The position numbers and the translations under genes are program-made. A stretch of DNA of 64,000 nt from Octopus sinensis (lineage: Eukaryota): the NCBI RefSeq assembly GCF_006345805.1, contig NC_043007.1:30194001-30258000 (forward strand), in the 5' to 3' direction. Shown piece after piece: positions 1-11,656 of the stretch. Each line of letters starts with the position of its first letter. Positions within the stretch are counted from its first letter, which is position 1. The notes under the pieces were generated by a model. That model was not told the origin of the DNA. It made no database searches and saw only the letters and a program-made list of their open reading frames with translations.

Positions 1-489
1 ATATAATATATTCAACAAAATATTAAGGAAAGACCCTTACAGGTCGTTCAACTCACTTGAAAAGAGCAGCCAAAACTCAAACCGCAAAAATAGTAGTAAT
101 TCTGAAAGCTAAAGGAGAAATAAAAACATTTATCCTTTCCAACTTTGTACCCTGCAAGGTTTCAACAATTTTTACGCAATCGAACTTAATTAAATTAAAT
201 TAAATCCGTTTACGATTGGCTTGTTTCATCAGCAAAGTCTCCAAAAGAACTTTTACATAAAATCACAGGAGGTAAAGAAATATATTCTAATGAAATACAA
301 ATAGAACGGCTTATCAGAAGTTACATATAACAGTTAAAAATTCAAAACTATCAAAAGCCTGCTGGACAAAATATAAAATAAAGATAAAATAGAATAAGTG
401 TCTATCGAATAAAAAGATTTTATCTGAAGATTAAAATATAAAAAAAAATTATTTAAAGAATTTAAAAAAAATATTTGAAACAGTTTTTT

Positions 490-1096
490 ACTTCGCTCAC
501 ACGGGTACGTCCAAAGTTCACAAGCAAGCAGACTTCCAAAGTTTTATATAGATAGTACAGTAAGGTTTGAGGTTAGATGTAGGGCCCACATGAGCGCGTT
601 CCCAAACGAAAAATACTGCAGCTCTACCACCCTCGCATCTTATTTACACGATCGAAAGAAGAAGAATAAGAGTTATTCTCTGGAATGGTCCGTTATTTGG
701 AGAGACCCTTGTTTCAGAGTAAATATGAATAAGTGTTAAGTTGTGGGTAAAGGAATCCCTTGCAATCCTTAAGTCTTTTGGGCCAAAAATTGTAAAGAGA
801 TTTACTGAGGTGATCCCTTTCTCCAACCATAGGTTATCGTCCACCTTTATGAAAGTGTATAGAAATAAAAATTAATGTAATAAATTTGTTTAGCGTTACG
901 GGGATTTGAAATACAGCTACCTGCGTGTTTAGCAATTGTTTTTTTTTTCCCTATAGGAAATTTGGACTCGTCCGCTGATGGGTTCTTCTTAAATTATATA
1001 AGTTTTTCATTTAGAGGTGTAAGCTTTTCGTAAAAGTTTTGCTCTCTGCATGTTTCATGTCTATCCTGATGTACTTCAGTGTAAATGAACTCCAGT
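490..1096 (+). mobile_element. Penelope-like retroelement, degenerate GIY-YIG endonuclease C-terminus and 3' region
   Basis: Manual translation gives YIDSTVRFEVRCRAHMSAF (from 545). After a frameshift it gives YCSSTTLASYLHDRKKKNKSYSLEWSVIWRDP (614-709), then KESLAILK. These match the PLE GIY-YIG pattern YIGxT..F..R...H / T.L..Y....K...W.I / C.LC..E...I...LN. Stops and frameshifts are present. Confidence 0.75.
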
Positions 1097-1844
1097 GGTC
1101 ATCTCCCTAAATGACCATAGCTATATGTAAATGTTGAATTTGATCGGTGATATCTGTTTATTGTGAACTTTGAACTTACTTGTGTGAGGGGAATAAAAAA
1201 CTTTTTCCAAGATGGACGTAAATTTGACCTGTGGAAATTTGCTAACTTATGGACTTCGGACGTTCCTGTGTCAGGGCAGTGAAAAACATTCTTATATTTA
1301 AAAAAAAAAATAATAATAAAAAAAAAATTAATAATAAAAAAAATTTAATAATCAAGAAAAAAAAATTAATCGTCAGATCGAATCTTTTAAGTCGATGGAC
1401 ACTTATTCGATTTTATCTTTGTTTTATATTTTGTCCTTTTAGGCTTTTGATAGTTTTGAACTTTTAATCGTTATATATAACTTCTGATAAACTGTTCTAT
1501 TTGTATTTCATTAGAATATATATTTTACCTTCTGTAATTTTATGTATACGCTTTATTTTTATGTGTTTGTAGACCATGATGTTTTTATTTTATATGTGAT
1601 TAAATGTTTGAGGGTTGGTGTTGTATGTAAAGTCGTTGACCCCAAATTTCATGTTTGTTCTATGACCAATGCTTCTGTATCTTCGTTTCACATATATTCG
1701 AGCTCTTCTTTTTGCAGTCCTATAAACCCTTTTGCTTCTATAAGAGGCAAATATTATTCTTGTTATATATATCTACATATACACACAAACACAGACACAC
1801 ACATATATATGTAGATGTTTGTGTGTGTGTTTTTGTGTTTATGT

Positions 1845-2037
1845 CCTCTCCACCCACCATCACCACTTGGCAACCGGTGTTGGTGTGTTTACTTCCCCGT
1901 AACGTACCAAAAGAGACCGAGAGAATAAATACCAGCTTTCAAAATGTACTGCGGTTGATTCGTTCGACTAAAATTCCTCATGACGGTGCTCCAGCATGAC
2001 CGCAGTCTAATGACTGAAACAAGTGAAAGATAAAAGA
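1845..2037 (+). mobile_element. SINE family B, 3' half
   Basis: ttggcaaccggtgttggtgtgtttac...ggtgctccagcatgaccgcagtctaatgactgaaacaagt is shared with the copies at 44020, 51733, 53121 and 55283. Confidence 0.8.
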
Positions 2038-2235
2038 TCTATCGATCTGTGTGTCTATCAATTCATCTGTCTGTCTGTTTATTTATTTATCTGTCTGTGT
2101 GTATGTTTATTTATTTATCTGTCTGTCTGTCTATTTATCTGCCTGTCTAGCTATGTATCTATCTATCTACAGCATATACTTAATGTATACTGAGTTTATT
2201 TGTCGGTGGGTTGCGAATTGGCGCGTGGAGAATAC

Positions 2236-2645
2236 CCGTTATTTGGAGAGCCCCTTACTTCAGAGTAAATATAAATAAGTGTGAGGTGTGTGTAAAGGAA
2301 TCCCTTGCAATCCTTAAGTTTTTTGAGCCAAAACCTTTAAATAGTTTTACTGAGGTGATCCCTTTCTCCAACCATAGGTTCTCGTCCCCCTTTATGAAAG
2401 TGTATAGAAATAAAAATTAATGTAATAAATTTGTTTAGCGTTTCGGGGTTTTGAAATCGGCGACCTTAAATTCCTGTTTAACTACAGCCACCTGCGTGTT
2501 TAGTAATTGTTTTTTTTTTTCCATATAGGAAATTTGGACTCGTCCGCTAATGGGTTCTTCTGAAATTATAAAGCTTTTCATAAAAGTTCTGCTCCTTGCA
2601 TGTTTCATGTTTATCCTGATGTACTTTAGGGCAAATGAACTACAG
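2236..2645 (+). mobile_element. Second copy of the same Penelope-like 3' fragment
   Basis: Direct repeat of 690-1096. The ORF track peptide VIWRAPYFRVNINKCEVCVKESLAILKFFEPKPLNSFTEVIPFSNHRF fits the PLE C-terminal C.xC..E...IL....LN...E.....HR motif. Confidence 0.8.
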
Positions 2646-2757
2646 TGTCTGTCTGTCTATCTATCTGTCTATCGGTCTGTCTATTTATGTGTCTGTCTGT
2701 CTGTCTGTCTATTTGTCTGTCTGTTTGTCAATTCATCTCTGTCTATTTATCTGTCTG

Positions 2758-3187
2758 GGATCTTTTCGGTTTGAACGGCAGTTTTTTCTAGCGGTGTCAT
2801 ATGAAATTGTTACCCATAATTATGACCCTAGTATCGATCTATTGCATTTCAATCTGTTTTAGGGTTAGGGTTAGAGTTAGGGTTAGGGGTTGGGGGAAGG
2901 GTATCTTTTTTTCTTCAGAAATGTAAATAAACCCAATCTGTTTCTTAAACGAGGGACATATTCATACGGCACAGAATGTTTTCACCTCAATAGATGTCAT
3001 TGATTGGTTGAAATTGCAGAAATTGAAGAAAAAAAAACAACAAATATCTTACAAACCATAGAATTGTCTCAATAAAGCCAAGAGAAAAAGATGTTTTATA
3101 ACCACATTCTACCAGTATACGAAGTTCAAAAGTGTTTAGTTACGTGGAAATTATTTTTAAAAACTGCCGTTCAAACCGAAAAGATCC
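2758..3187. mobile_element. 430-bp MITE with perfect 29-bp TIRs and an internal TTAGGG array
   Basis: ggatcttttcggtttgaacggcagttttt (2758-2786) is the exact reverse complement of 3159-3187. Five TTAGGG-like units lie at 2859-2888. It is flanked by TCTG on both sides inside a (TCTG)n tract. No ORF. Confidence 0.9.
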
Positions 3188-3224
<37 letters not shown>

Positions 3225-3524
3225 TTATCTGTCTGTCTGTCTATTTATGTGCCTGTCTGTCTGTCTGTCTATTTATCTGCCTGTCTAGCTATGTATCTAT
3301 CTACAACATATACTTAATGTATAGTGACTGAGTTTATTTGTCGGTGGGTTGCGAATTGGCGCGTGGAGAATACTCTCTCAAAGTGCCGGATGTTTTAACA
3401 CGGAACATATCTGTTGAGTGTATGTAGTTGATAATGTTTACTATCCTAGTAGCGCTGCTTCTATTCTATATTTGAATATTTGAATGTATACATACATATA
3501 TATTCTTTTATACATACATATATA

Positions 3525-3710
3525 TTCTCATAGCACTGCAGCAATGCTGGGGCACACTCTTGAGCCGAGCAAATCGAGCCCAGGACTTATTCTTTGTAAG
3601 CTTAGTACTTATTCTATCGGTCTCTTTAGCCAGACTGCTAGGTTCCAAGAACGTAAACACCAGCATCGGTTGTCAAGCGATGTGGGGGAGGACAAACACA
3701 GACACAAACA
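3525..3710 (-). mobile_element. SINE family B, 3' half
   Basis: Reverse complement of the family-B body (cagcaatgctggggcac...ttctatcggtctc...gtaaacaccagcatcggttgtcaagcg). Confidence 0.75.
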
Positions 3711-4280
3711 TATACACGCATACATACATTTATACATTTATACATACATAAATACATATACATACATATATATATATATATAATGCCACACATCCATTTC
3801 CAAGTAAGTTTTATCTTAATAATTTTGATGCGACACTGGCCCTATTTTATTTCTATTTCTCTTTCGTTTCCTCTCTCATCCTTTCTCTAATTCTTTTCCT
3901 CCCCCTTTCACCGTTCTGTCCCTCTCTCTTCCTCACTCTTCCTCCTTTACTCTTTCGTTGCTCACACTTAACCATCGGCCATCTTTCTTTTCCTTACTTG
4001 AGTTTCTTTTCTTCCGATCAGCTACAAGAGAGCTGACGCATCTTTGTCTGTCTCCTATCAAAGCTTGTTTCTCCAGCGTTCGACACCTCACCTCGTCATG
4101 GCTTAACAGCCCTTACCTGTGGCGTAGATAAAACAACCGACAACTAATGATGGGTCGTTCTTTATGTTGCTTATTTTGTTTTCCATTTGCTTCTTTCACT
4201 GTTCGCAAAAAAATTTCGTATTCCATGTTTTCGTATTTCATGTTGTTTACATTCTATGACGTCCTATAGCCATATATGCA

Positions 4281-4281
<1 letters not shown>

Positions 4282-4335
<54 letters not shown>

Positions 4336-4580
4336 ATGTATATATATGTATGTATGTATATGTATATATATATGTATGTATGTATATGTATATATATATA
4401 TGTATGTATATATATATATGTATGTATGTATATGTATATATATGTATGTATGTATATGTATATATATGTCTATGTATATATATGTATATATATGTCTATG
4501 TATATATATGTATATATATGTATATGTATGTATATATATGTATATATGTATATGTATGTATATGTATATGTATGTATGTA

Positions 4581-4624
<44 letters not shown>

Positions 4625-4765
4625 GTATGTATATGTATGTATGTATGAATATATATGTATATGTATGTATATGTATGTATGTATGAATATATATATATAT
4701 ATGTATATGTATGTATGTATATGTACTTATATGTATGTATACATGCATATATATATATATATATA
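4282..4765. repeat. Compound (TA)n/(TATG)n microsatellite
   Basis: Directly visible; it produces the Y/I/M/C/V ORFs in the track. Confidence 0.95.
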
Positions 4766-5914
4766 AGTCAAAGATGCATTCTTTTCCTTTGTTTAACATC
4801 TCTGCAGATATAATGAGAACAAAAAAGCATTAGGCAGGCACAATTTCGTATTTGAATTTAAGTACGATGTTACTAACAGGATATATTACCACAATTGTAC
4901 AAGGTACAGTTAATGACCGATATGCCCATCAAATTGTCCTTATTATTGGTAACTTAGTAGAATCGGAGAAGAAACTGAAACCAAATAAGAGAGAAATACG
5001 GTCTATTCATTTGTTTATACTAAACTGAATTAATTAAATATTATCTTAGGAATATATGATGAAGTTAATTCTATAAAATCTGATAATTAAACTGTCAAAG
5101 TGTCGAATGTTGAATTCTGATATATTAGAAATAATATTGCAAATCAACGCGAACGTGATGACAGCAAAAAGATAAGAGGAATAACTTTAAAACTAAAATT
5201 CTGCTCTTATCGCTGAACTTCACTTGATAAAAACCATCAAAATATACAAAAGCCATATTGGAATTGCCACACGCTGTGATACTTCCAGGAACTGAATGCA
5301 GAACTCTTAAAATGGCTTATGGAAAACATAGCTTCTACGTTGGATGTTTTAGAAGATTGTTAAGAAATAACCAAAGTCTGTAATTATTGATTCATCTTAG
5401 GCATTCATCCCTGCAAAGGGTTAATGACAATCAAAAACTTAAAATATTTAAGGGCAAGTGGTTTGCAAAAAAAAAAAAAAAAATTGGTCGTTGAAGCAAC
5501 CTATGGGAAATGGCTAGGGGAACATATAGAAAGAAAAAATACATTAATAAGTGTAGCAGAAAATGGAGATGAATGGAAAAAAATTGTCCGTTGAATGATC
5601 CACACTGCAAAAGTTTGCTGTTGCTAATGAGGTGATGGTGATATATATTTACACATATAAACACATACATGCTCATATATGTACACTGAAATACATACAG
5701 ACATGCATTCATGACTGCATCCATACATTATCTTGCATTTACCTATCGATTACGTCATCACGATCTGTTGTTTGGTTACGTTATTTACATGGTTTCTCGT
5801 TTGCATTGGTCAGTACGGTAGTTGTCACGTCTCTAGCTTTCACTTATATCAACAGACCGAGAAAATTTCGAAACAGATGTCACTGACCTCATAAATCTCA
5901 TATATATTATAAAG

Positions 5915-6346
5915 AAAGATTTAAAAATCATAGAAACAGCTTCCAAACATCATTAGAAATAATGTCAGACGTCAAAATATTGTTAATGCCAGAACAAACT
6001 TAATATTCGCTGATAAAACCAAAAGAAAAAATGGGTAACGAAGACACCATCACCGTCACCCAATCATATAAAAATCATAATGAATACGAAGAAATCAACG
6101 TAAAAATATAGGAATGCAATCAGACGCCAGAACGGAATATGATAACCATACATCACACCGAAAGATCATAAAGATAACTTCTATAGCAGACCGATTAGGA
6201 AACTTAGCCTGGAAGACATGAAATCCAAAAGTAGACAAACGATAAACCTTACGCAATGAAACAGCTGTACATCCAACTTAGTTTTAACAATACGAAGAAC
6301 AAATAGTTGTACAAATTCAGTTTGACATCGAAGAATTCTACCCGTT
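5915..6346 (+). mobile_element. Penelope-like reverse transcriptase fragment (degenerate)
   Basis: Motifs read in the sequence: FKNHRNSFQTSL, LIFADKT (6000-6020), PYITPKDHKDNF (6146-6181) and IQFDIEEFYP (6315-6344). These correspond to PLE RT motifs ADKT, LKDHK.NF and FDI..FYP. Confidence 0.8.
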
Positions 6347-6444
6347 GAGGTTTCTCAATGACGTGGACTCGATTCTTGCCAATCACAGCATCAATGATGT
6401 TCATTATTTACATTTGACAGATATTTGTCCTCATCTTGTTTGTT

Positions 6445-6490
6445 AACACAACATTTCGGCTGATATACCCTCCAGCCTTCATCAGGTGTC
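6445..6490 (-). ncRNA. Minimal type-I hammerhead ribozyme-like motif (left arm; CUGAUGA and GAAA intact)
   Basis: The reverse strand reads gacacCTGATGAaggctggagggtatatcagccGAAAtgttgtgtt. The only core lesion is C15.2 to U. Confidence 0.65.
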
Positions 6491-6779
6491 TTGGGGAAAT
6501 TTCGAACCTGGGTTCTCATTCCTAAGGTGTTTTTCGATGTTATTATTACCATTATTATTATTCAGGTCACTACCTGGAATCAAACTCGGAATCTTGGGGT
6601 TAGTAGCCCACGATCTTAACCACTACGCCATATGCTCGTGGGCATATATGGCGTAGTGGTTAAGAGCGCGGGCTACTAACCCCAAGATTCCGAGTTCGAT
6701 TCCTGGCAGTGACCTGAATAAAAATAATAACATCGAAAAACACCTTAGAGATGAGAACCCAGGTTCGAAATTTCCTCAC

Positions 6780-6825
6780 GACACCTGATGAAGGCTGGAG
6801 AGGGTATCAGCCAAAACGTTGTGTT
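6780..6825 (+). ncRNA. Minimal type-I hammerhead ribozyme-like motif (right arm; G12 mutated to A)
   Basis: gacac CTGATGA a ggctg-loop-cagcc aAAAC GTT gtgtt. Stem I is gacac/gtgtt, stem II is ggctg/cagcc, and stem III is the loopless palindrome AACGTT. Confidence 0.6.
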
Positions 6826-7176
6826 AAAAACAAACAAGATGAGGACAGACATCCGTCAAATGTAAATAATGTAAATAATTTCTCATCTCTTAAATATAGA
6901 ACTGTATTATCGATGATGTTAGTCTTACTCCAATTTAAATTATGTTTTTAACACAACACAGCAGGGATTTTATCTGAGACAATTCCACAACATCATGTCT
7001 TCTAATGGTGTATATACATTTTATATGATACACATATAGTGATTTTTATTCATTCCTAATTCAATTGTGTACACAGTTCATATGTGTGTGAGTATGTATG
7101 CATGCGTTTATTTATATATGTATGTACATATATTTATATGCGCGCGTGTGTTTATATATGTGTATATATATGCATG

Positions 7177-7208
<32 letters not shown>

Positions 7209-8159
7209 TAATGATATATGTATGTATGTGTGTGTATGTATACATATATTAAACTCTTGAATAATTGATGTAACCATGATGTTCTAGTTGTCTGATGACT
7301 GGCTTTCTGTGTCTGCATTGACTTGTGAATATACAATTGTACTGTATAATGCGTAGTGTGCATATTAGAGCAGGCATGTAAAATGATTTATTATACACTG
7401 AAATTAGTTTTACGAGAAGGCTGCGAAACAGCTGTAATCGTAAGGATGACAAGTTGTTAAATATATTCACCTATGACACCTCCTGATACACACACACACA
7501 TTTATAAAATAGCAAAATACAAGCTAAAAGTCAACTTATGTGGGCAATTTGTATTTTGGTATTTGTAAGATTGTTCACTTGGTCCGTTTCTGACGATAAC
7601 AAAGCGTCGCTACATCGCGATAAATCATGCTTTCATTCTGAAGATGAGATGGATATAAGAAAATTATTGTTCCAAACAAAATTCTAAGGATAAATAATGA
7701 CCCGTCAAATATTTTTAATAAGAAATATGAAAGTGGTGAAATAGTCAGGTCTTCAATATAACATATTTGAAAGAAAATCTGTACTCTACACATGCGCCTT
7801 CTTATTCACATCTATGTTTGAATGTAAAGATGTATGTACATTAGTAATGACAGCAAGAGGGAGCAGTAGGTGAGAGTGGAGATAAAGGAGAGATGGAGGG
7901 AGAACATGAAAGGGTAAAAAATGTAACAAGCGGAACCATCACGTTTTTGTTTTTTGTTAGTTCGCATCAAATGTACACAATATATTGAGTTGCACATCTC
8001 GCTCTTCTTGTAAACATGCGTTGGCTTTTCGCAGTTCTAATTTACATACACTTTATATATGTACACACACACAACTATCTATGTAAATGTATGGTGAATA
8101 TAGAAATGTGTATATATCTGTCTGTCTCTCTTTATATATAAATCTATCTATCTATCTAT

Positions 8160-8745
<586 letters not shown>

Positions 8746-9716
8746 TGACGCCTGACAACAGATCTGGTTGTTGTTAGTTAAGTAAAGTAAAAAAAACCAG
8801 AATCGCGCCGAAACGATGCTGTCACGTGTGTCTTTTGTGAGCGATGGCCAGAGCCAGGTGGGAAAGGTGGGAAAGTGATTGATAACGGGATTCAGTCAAG
8901 CTATATCGATCAAATAGCTTGGCCGTATTGATTGATTGATCTCACTGCATTTACCAGCTTCTTTATTTTTATTATGAGCTCTGTGGGTGTACGATACGGT
9001 ATCTCCGAATCGATAATGTATAGAAAGAAGGACCATATACATCCGTAAAGTAACATTACCGTCAACCATCAGGAAAATATATACTGTATGACTAATGAAT
9101 CCGCTCGATTCAAAGTGACATGTGCGTAGGTTTCCTTTGCCATAAGATTCGCTGCCAGTTAGAATGGCAATGGTGTTCAGATAAATCAAGACGACGACGA
9201 TGATGATGGTGACGGTGATGGTTATGTTCTCACTGGCGAAATCCTTAGTGTCGATCAACTCAATTCTTCGCGATTTGAGTTCAATTCTTCTCTTGGAAAC
9301 AAGCTTTGTCTTTCACCCTTTCGTGTCCGATAAAATGAAGAACCAGTCAAGTACTGGCATCGATGGAATTGACAAATCCCTCGTCTGGAAATTTTTAGAA
9401 ACCGTCATCGTTATTGACAGAATCGAACGAAACGATTAACACGATTTGTTCCGACTCTTGACTTTCTGATTTGAAACCTCTGATCGATATAAAAGAAGCA
9501 CCAGTTCAGTCAGTTCCTGGGGTCAATGTGATCAATTTATTCTTCTCTTCAAAATCGATGACTTTGTGCCAAATTAGAAAAAAATTCTTTATTGTTTCCT
9601 TTCATTACAACATTATTTCAGCTGCATTAGTACCGGGCATCCTCCGGAGGCCAAGAGTAGCAAGGGTACTTTCGTTTTGCAATGCACGCTAAAGATATCA
9701 CCGCATTTATTCCATT

Positions 9717-10600
9717 TTAGATGGTGAGTGCTTTCCATAGTATACGGGCTGTACCCATCAAGGTTATCTTTTGTAGTTCACAGAGATTGGAGTTACCAAG
9801 GAGTTGCTTAATATACTTCTCATCTCCCTTCTTTATTATTTGCAACGAACCAATTACTACTGGTATTATCGTAGTACTAAGCTTCCACATTTTTGTGATT
9901 TCAATTTGCAGATCTTTATAGTGAGAAAGCTTTTCATATTCCTTTCTCCAGACTTTTTGATCTTGTGGGACAGACGTATCCATTAACAGACAAGTTCCAA
10001 TGTTGTGTGTCCTTAATCACAATGTCTGATCGATTGGAATCAATTTTTTTGTCTGTTTGTATTGGGAAGTTCCAAAGGATGGAGACACCCTCGCCATTTA
10101 CTACATCCTCTGGATGGTGCCTAAAACATTTATCATGGGATTTAATTTTGTAGTATTTACAAGTATTCCAGTGGATGTACTGCTCTAGTCTGTAATGTCT
10201 TATGAGGTACTCCTTTTCAGCGAGGACTGGGCAGCCGGAAACATGATCAATTGTCTCTGTGAATTTTCCGTGCGTGGGGTCGGATTCCGTGCATGGTGGT
10301 TTCTGGTAGGTAAGCTCTAATTTTGCCCTGCAATAACAAAACCTTCTGTTTCTCCTTTTCAGACCTGTCCCTTGTAGCCATTGGTGTTTTAGAGTTTGAT
10401 CAATATCTGGCTTCAACAGATGGTTAGGGTATTTTCCATGCAGGAGTTTGCCTTTCCAGTTGTCTTTGATATTATTCATGCAAGCCTTCTTTGCTTTTTG
10501 TTTGATGTTCTTTTTTTGCATCAGTGATAGGTTTGTCACTATTTGGATCTCTTCGATCTTTCTGATTGTTAATTTCTAAATCAGAGAAGCAATGGTAGGT
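9717..10600 (-). mobile_element. R4/Dong-clade non-LTR retrotransposon, C-terminal fragment (CCHC remnant plus restriction-like endonuclease)
   Basis: ORFs 9934-10539 and 9717-9983 contain LHGKY, ETIDHVSGC, RH...YIHW, ILWNFPIQTDKKIDSNRSDIVIKD, EKLSHYKDLQIEITKMW, IIPVVIGSL and LQKITLMGTARIL. Confidence 0.85.
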
Positions 10601-10650
10601 CTGTCAGTATCTGGGTGTCTTTGGCGATTGTTGCTATTATTATTATTATT

Positions 10651-10797
10651 GTTGCACAGCTTCTGACACTGGAGATATACTACGGTGTCAGCAGTGAACT
10701 AAAGTAATCCCTCATATTTTTCGAGCACCATCCGGAGTATTCAAGTGGTTCCAAGCAGTGCTGTTTTCTGCAAGTGCTCCACCCTTATTGCAGCCCC
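10651..10797 (-). mobile_element. 3' end of an R4/Dong-type LINE with (AAT)n tail
   Basis: Reverse complement of 33800-33955 (gctgcaataagggtggagcactt...gaatactccggatggtgctcgaaaaat...gctgtgcaa), followed by an aat tail. Confidence 0.85.
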
Positions 10798-10846
10798 TAT
10801 TTGTACCCCAATGTTACTTTGATAGCACGCACTGCTCTCTCACTCG

Positions 10847-10899
<53 letters not shown>

Positions 10900-10914
10900 T
10901 GTTGTTATTATTAA

Positions 10915-11105
10915 GGTGGCAAGCAAGCAGAATTGTTAGCATTCCGGGCGAAATGTTTAGCGGTATTTTGACCGTCTTTACGTTCGGAGTTCAAATCCCG
11001 CCGAGGTCGACTTTGCCGTTTATCCTTTCGGTGTTGATAAAATAAATACCAGTTGACGACTGGGGTCGATGTAATCGAGTTAACCCGCCCCTATAGTAGA
11101 AAAGA
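10915..11105 (+). mobile_element. SINE family A (tRNA-like head; gagttcaaat B box; ggggtcgat core)
   Basis: Matches the copies at 29215-29625, 34345-34712, 35836-36066, 41300-41960 and 50040-50252. Confidence 0.85.
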
Positions 11106-11116
11106 TTCTTTTTCTT

Positions 11117-11656
11117 GAGTGAAAGAGCCGTGCATGCCATCAAAGTATCGCTGGGGATAAAATATACGAAGCGCAGTATACCCGTCTGATAAGGCTACAG
11201 ACTGCCCGTCTGATAAGGGTACACTAAGTACATGCATCACAACCATATGTGCACGACATGGTGATCTCATATCAAGATAAACAGCGCATGACCTTGTTAA
11301 ATTTTCTTCAGGTCGAGTAACCCATCCCGCTCAATAGGTTCATGAATAAGGGTTGTTTAAGGATGTTGAACGAACCACCATTGTATCTAGAGGTGAATTA
11401 TTCAAACCCCAAATAATCCTTCTCAACACATGGCTATGATGCTCCCCACTACTTCTGCTCATGATCAGAGATGCACATATCGTCAGCCACTAAGGGACAT
11501 GCTCAACTGGTTACGGTCAAACAACTGACAAGCAAATCTGTGGTATTGAGCAGAATATTTACTGTAGGCCATCTTTTATACCAAGACAAAACAATGTACA
11601 TGATAAGACTTCCAATCAGTTAATATCAGAAGCCAAGAGAGCCACTGCCTGGTACT
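11117..11656. mobile_element. Non-coding ~550-bp interspersed repeat (family E), copy 1
   Basis: Reverse complement of 27721-28277 over its whole length; no ORF. Confidence 0.85.

Larger units (their letters stand above)
6402..6871. mobile_element. Head-to-head inverted dimer of a tRNA-headed element with a PLE-type hammerhead tail
   Basis: Arms 6402-6635 and 6642-6871 are reverse complements (roughly 90% identical by eye) with a ~6-nt spacer. Each arm has an A box (tggcgtagtgg), a B box (gagttcgattcc), an (aat)n linker and a ctgatga...gaaa core. Confidence 0.9.

Noticed and set aside
2859-2888. Telomere or chromosome-fusion scar
   Set aside because: Only five units, lying inside a TIR-bounded element.
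6648-6715. Possible tRNA gene (A and B boxes, anticodon-like loop)
   Set aside because: No acceptor stem and the anticodon stem is imperfect. It runs into a repeat body and is duplicated in inverted form, so it is a SINE-type head.
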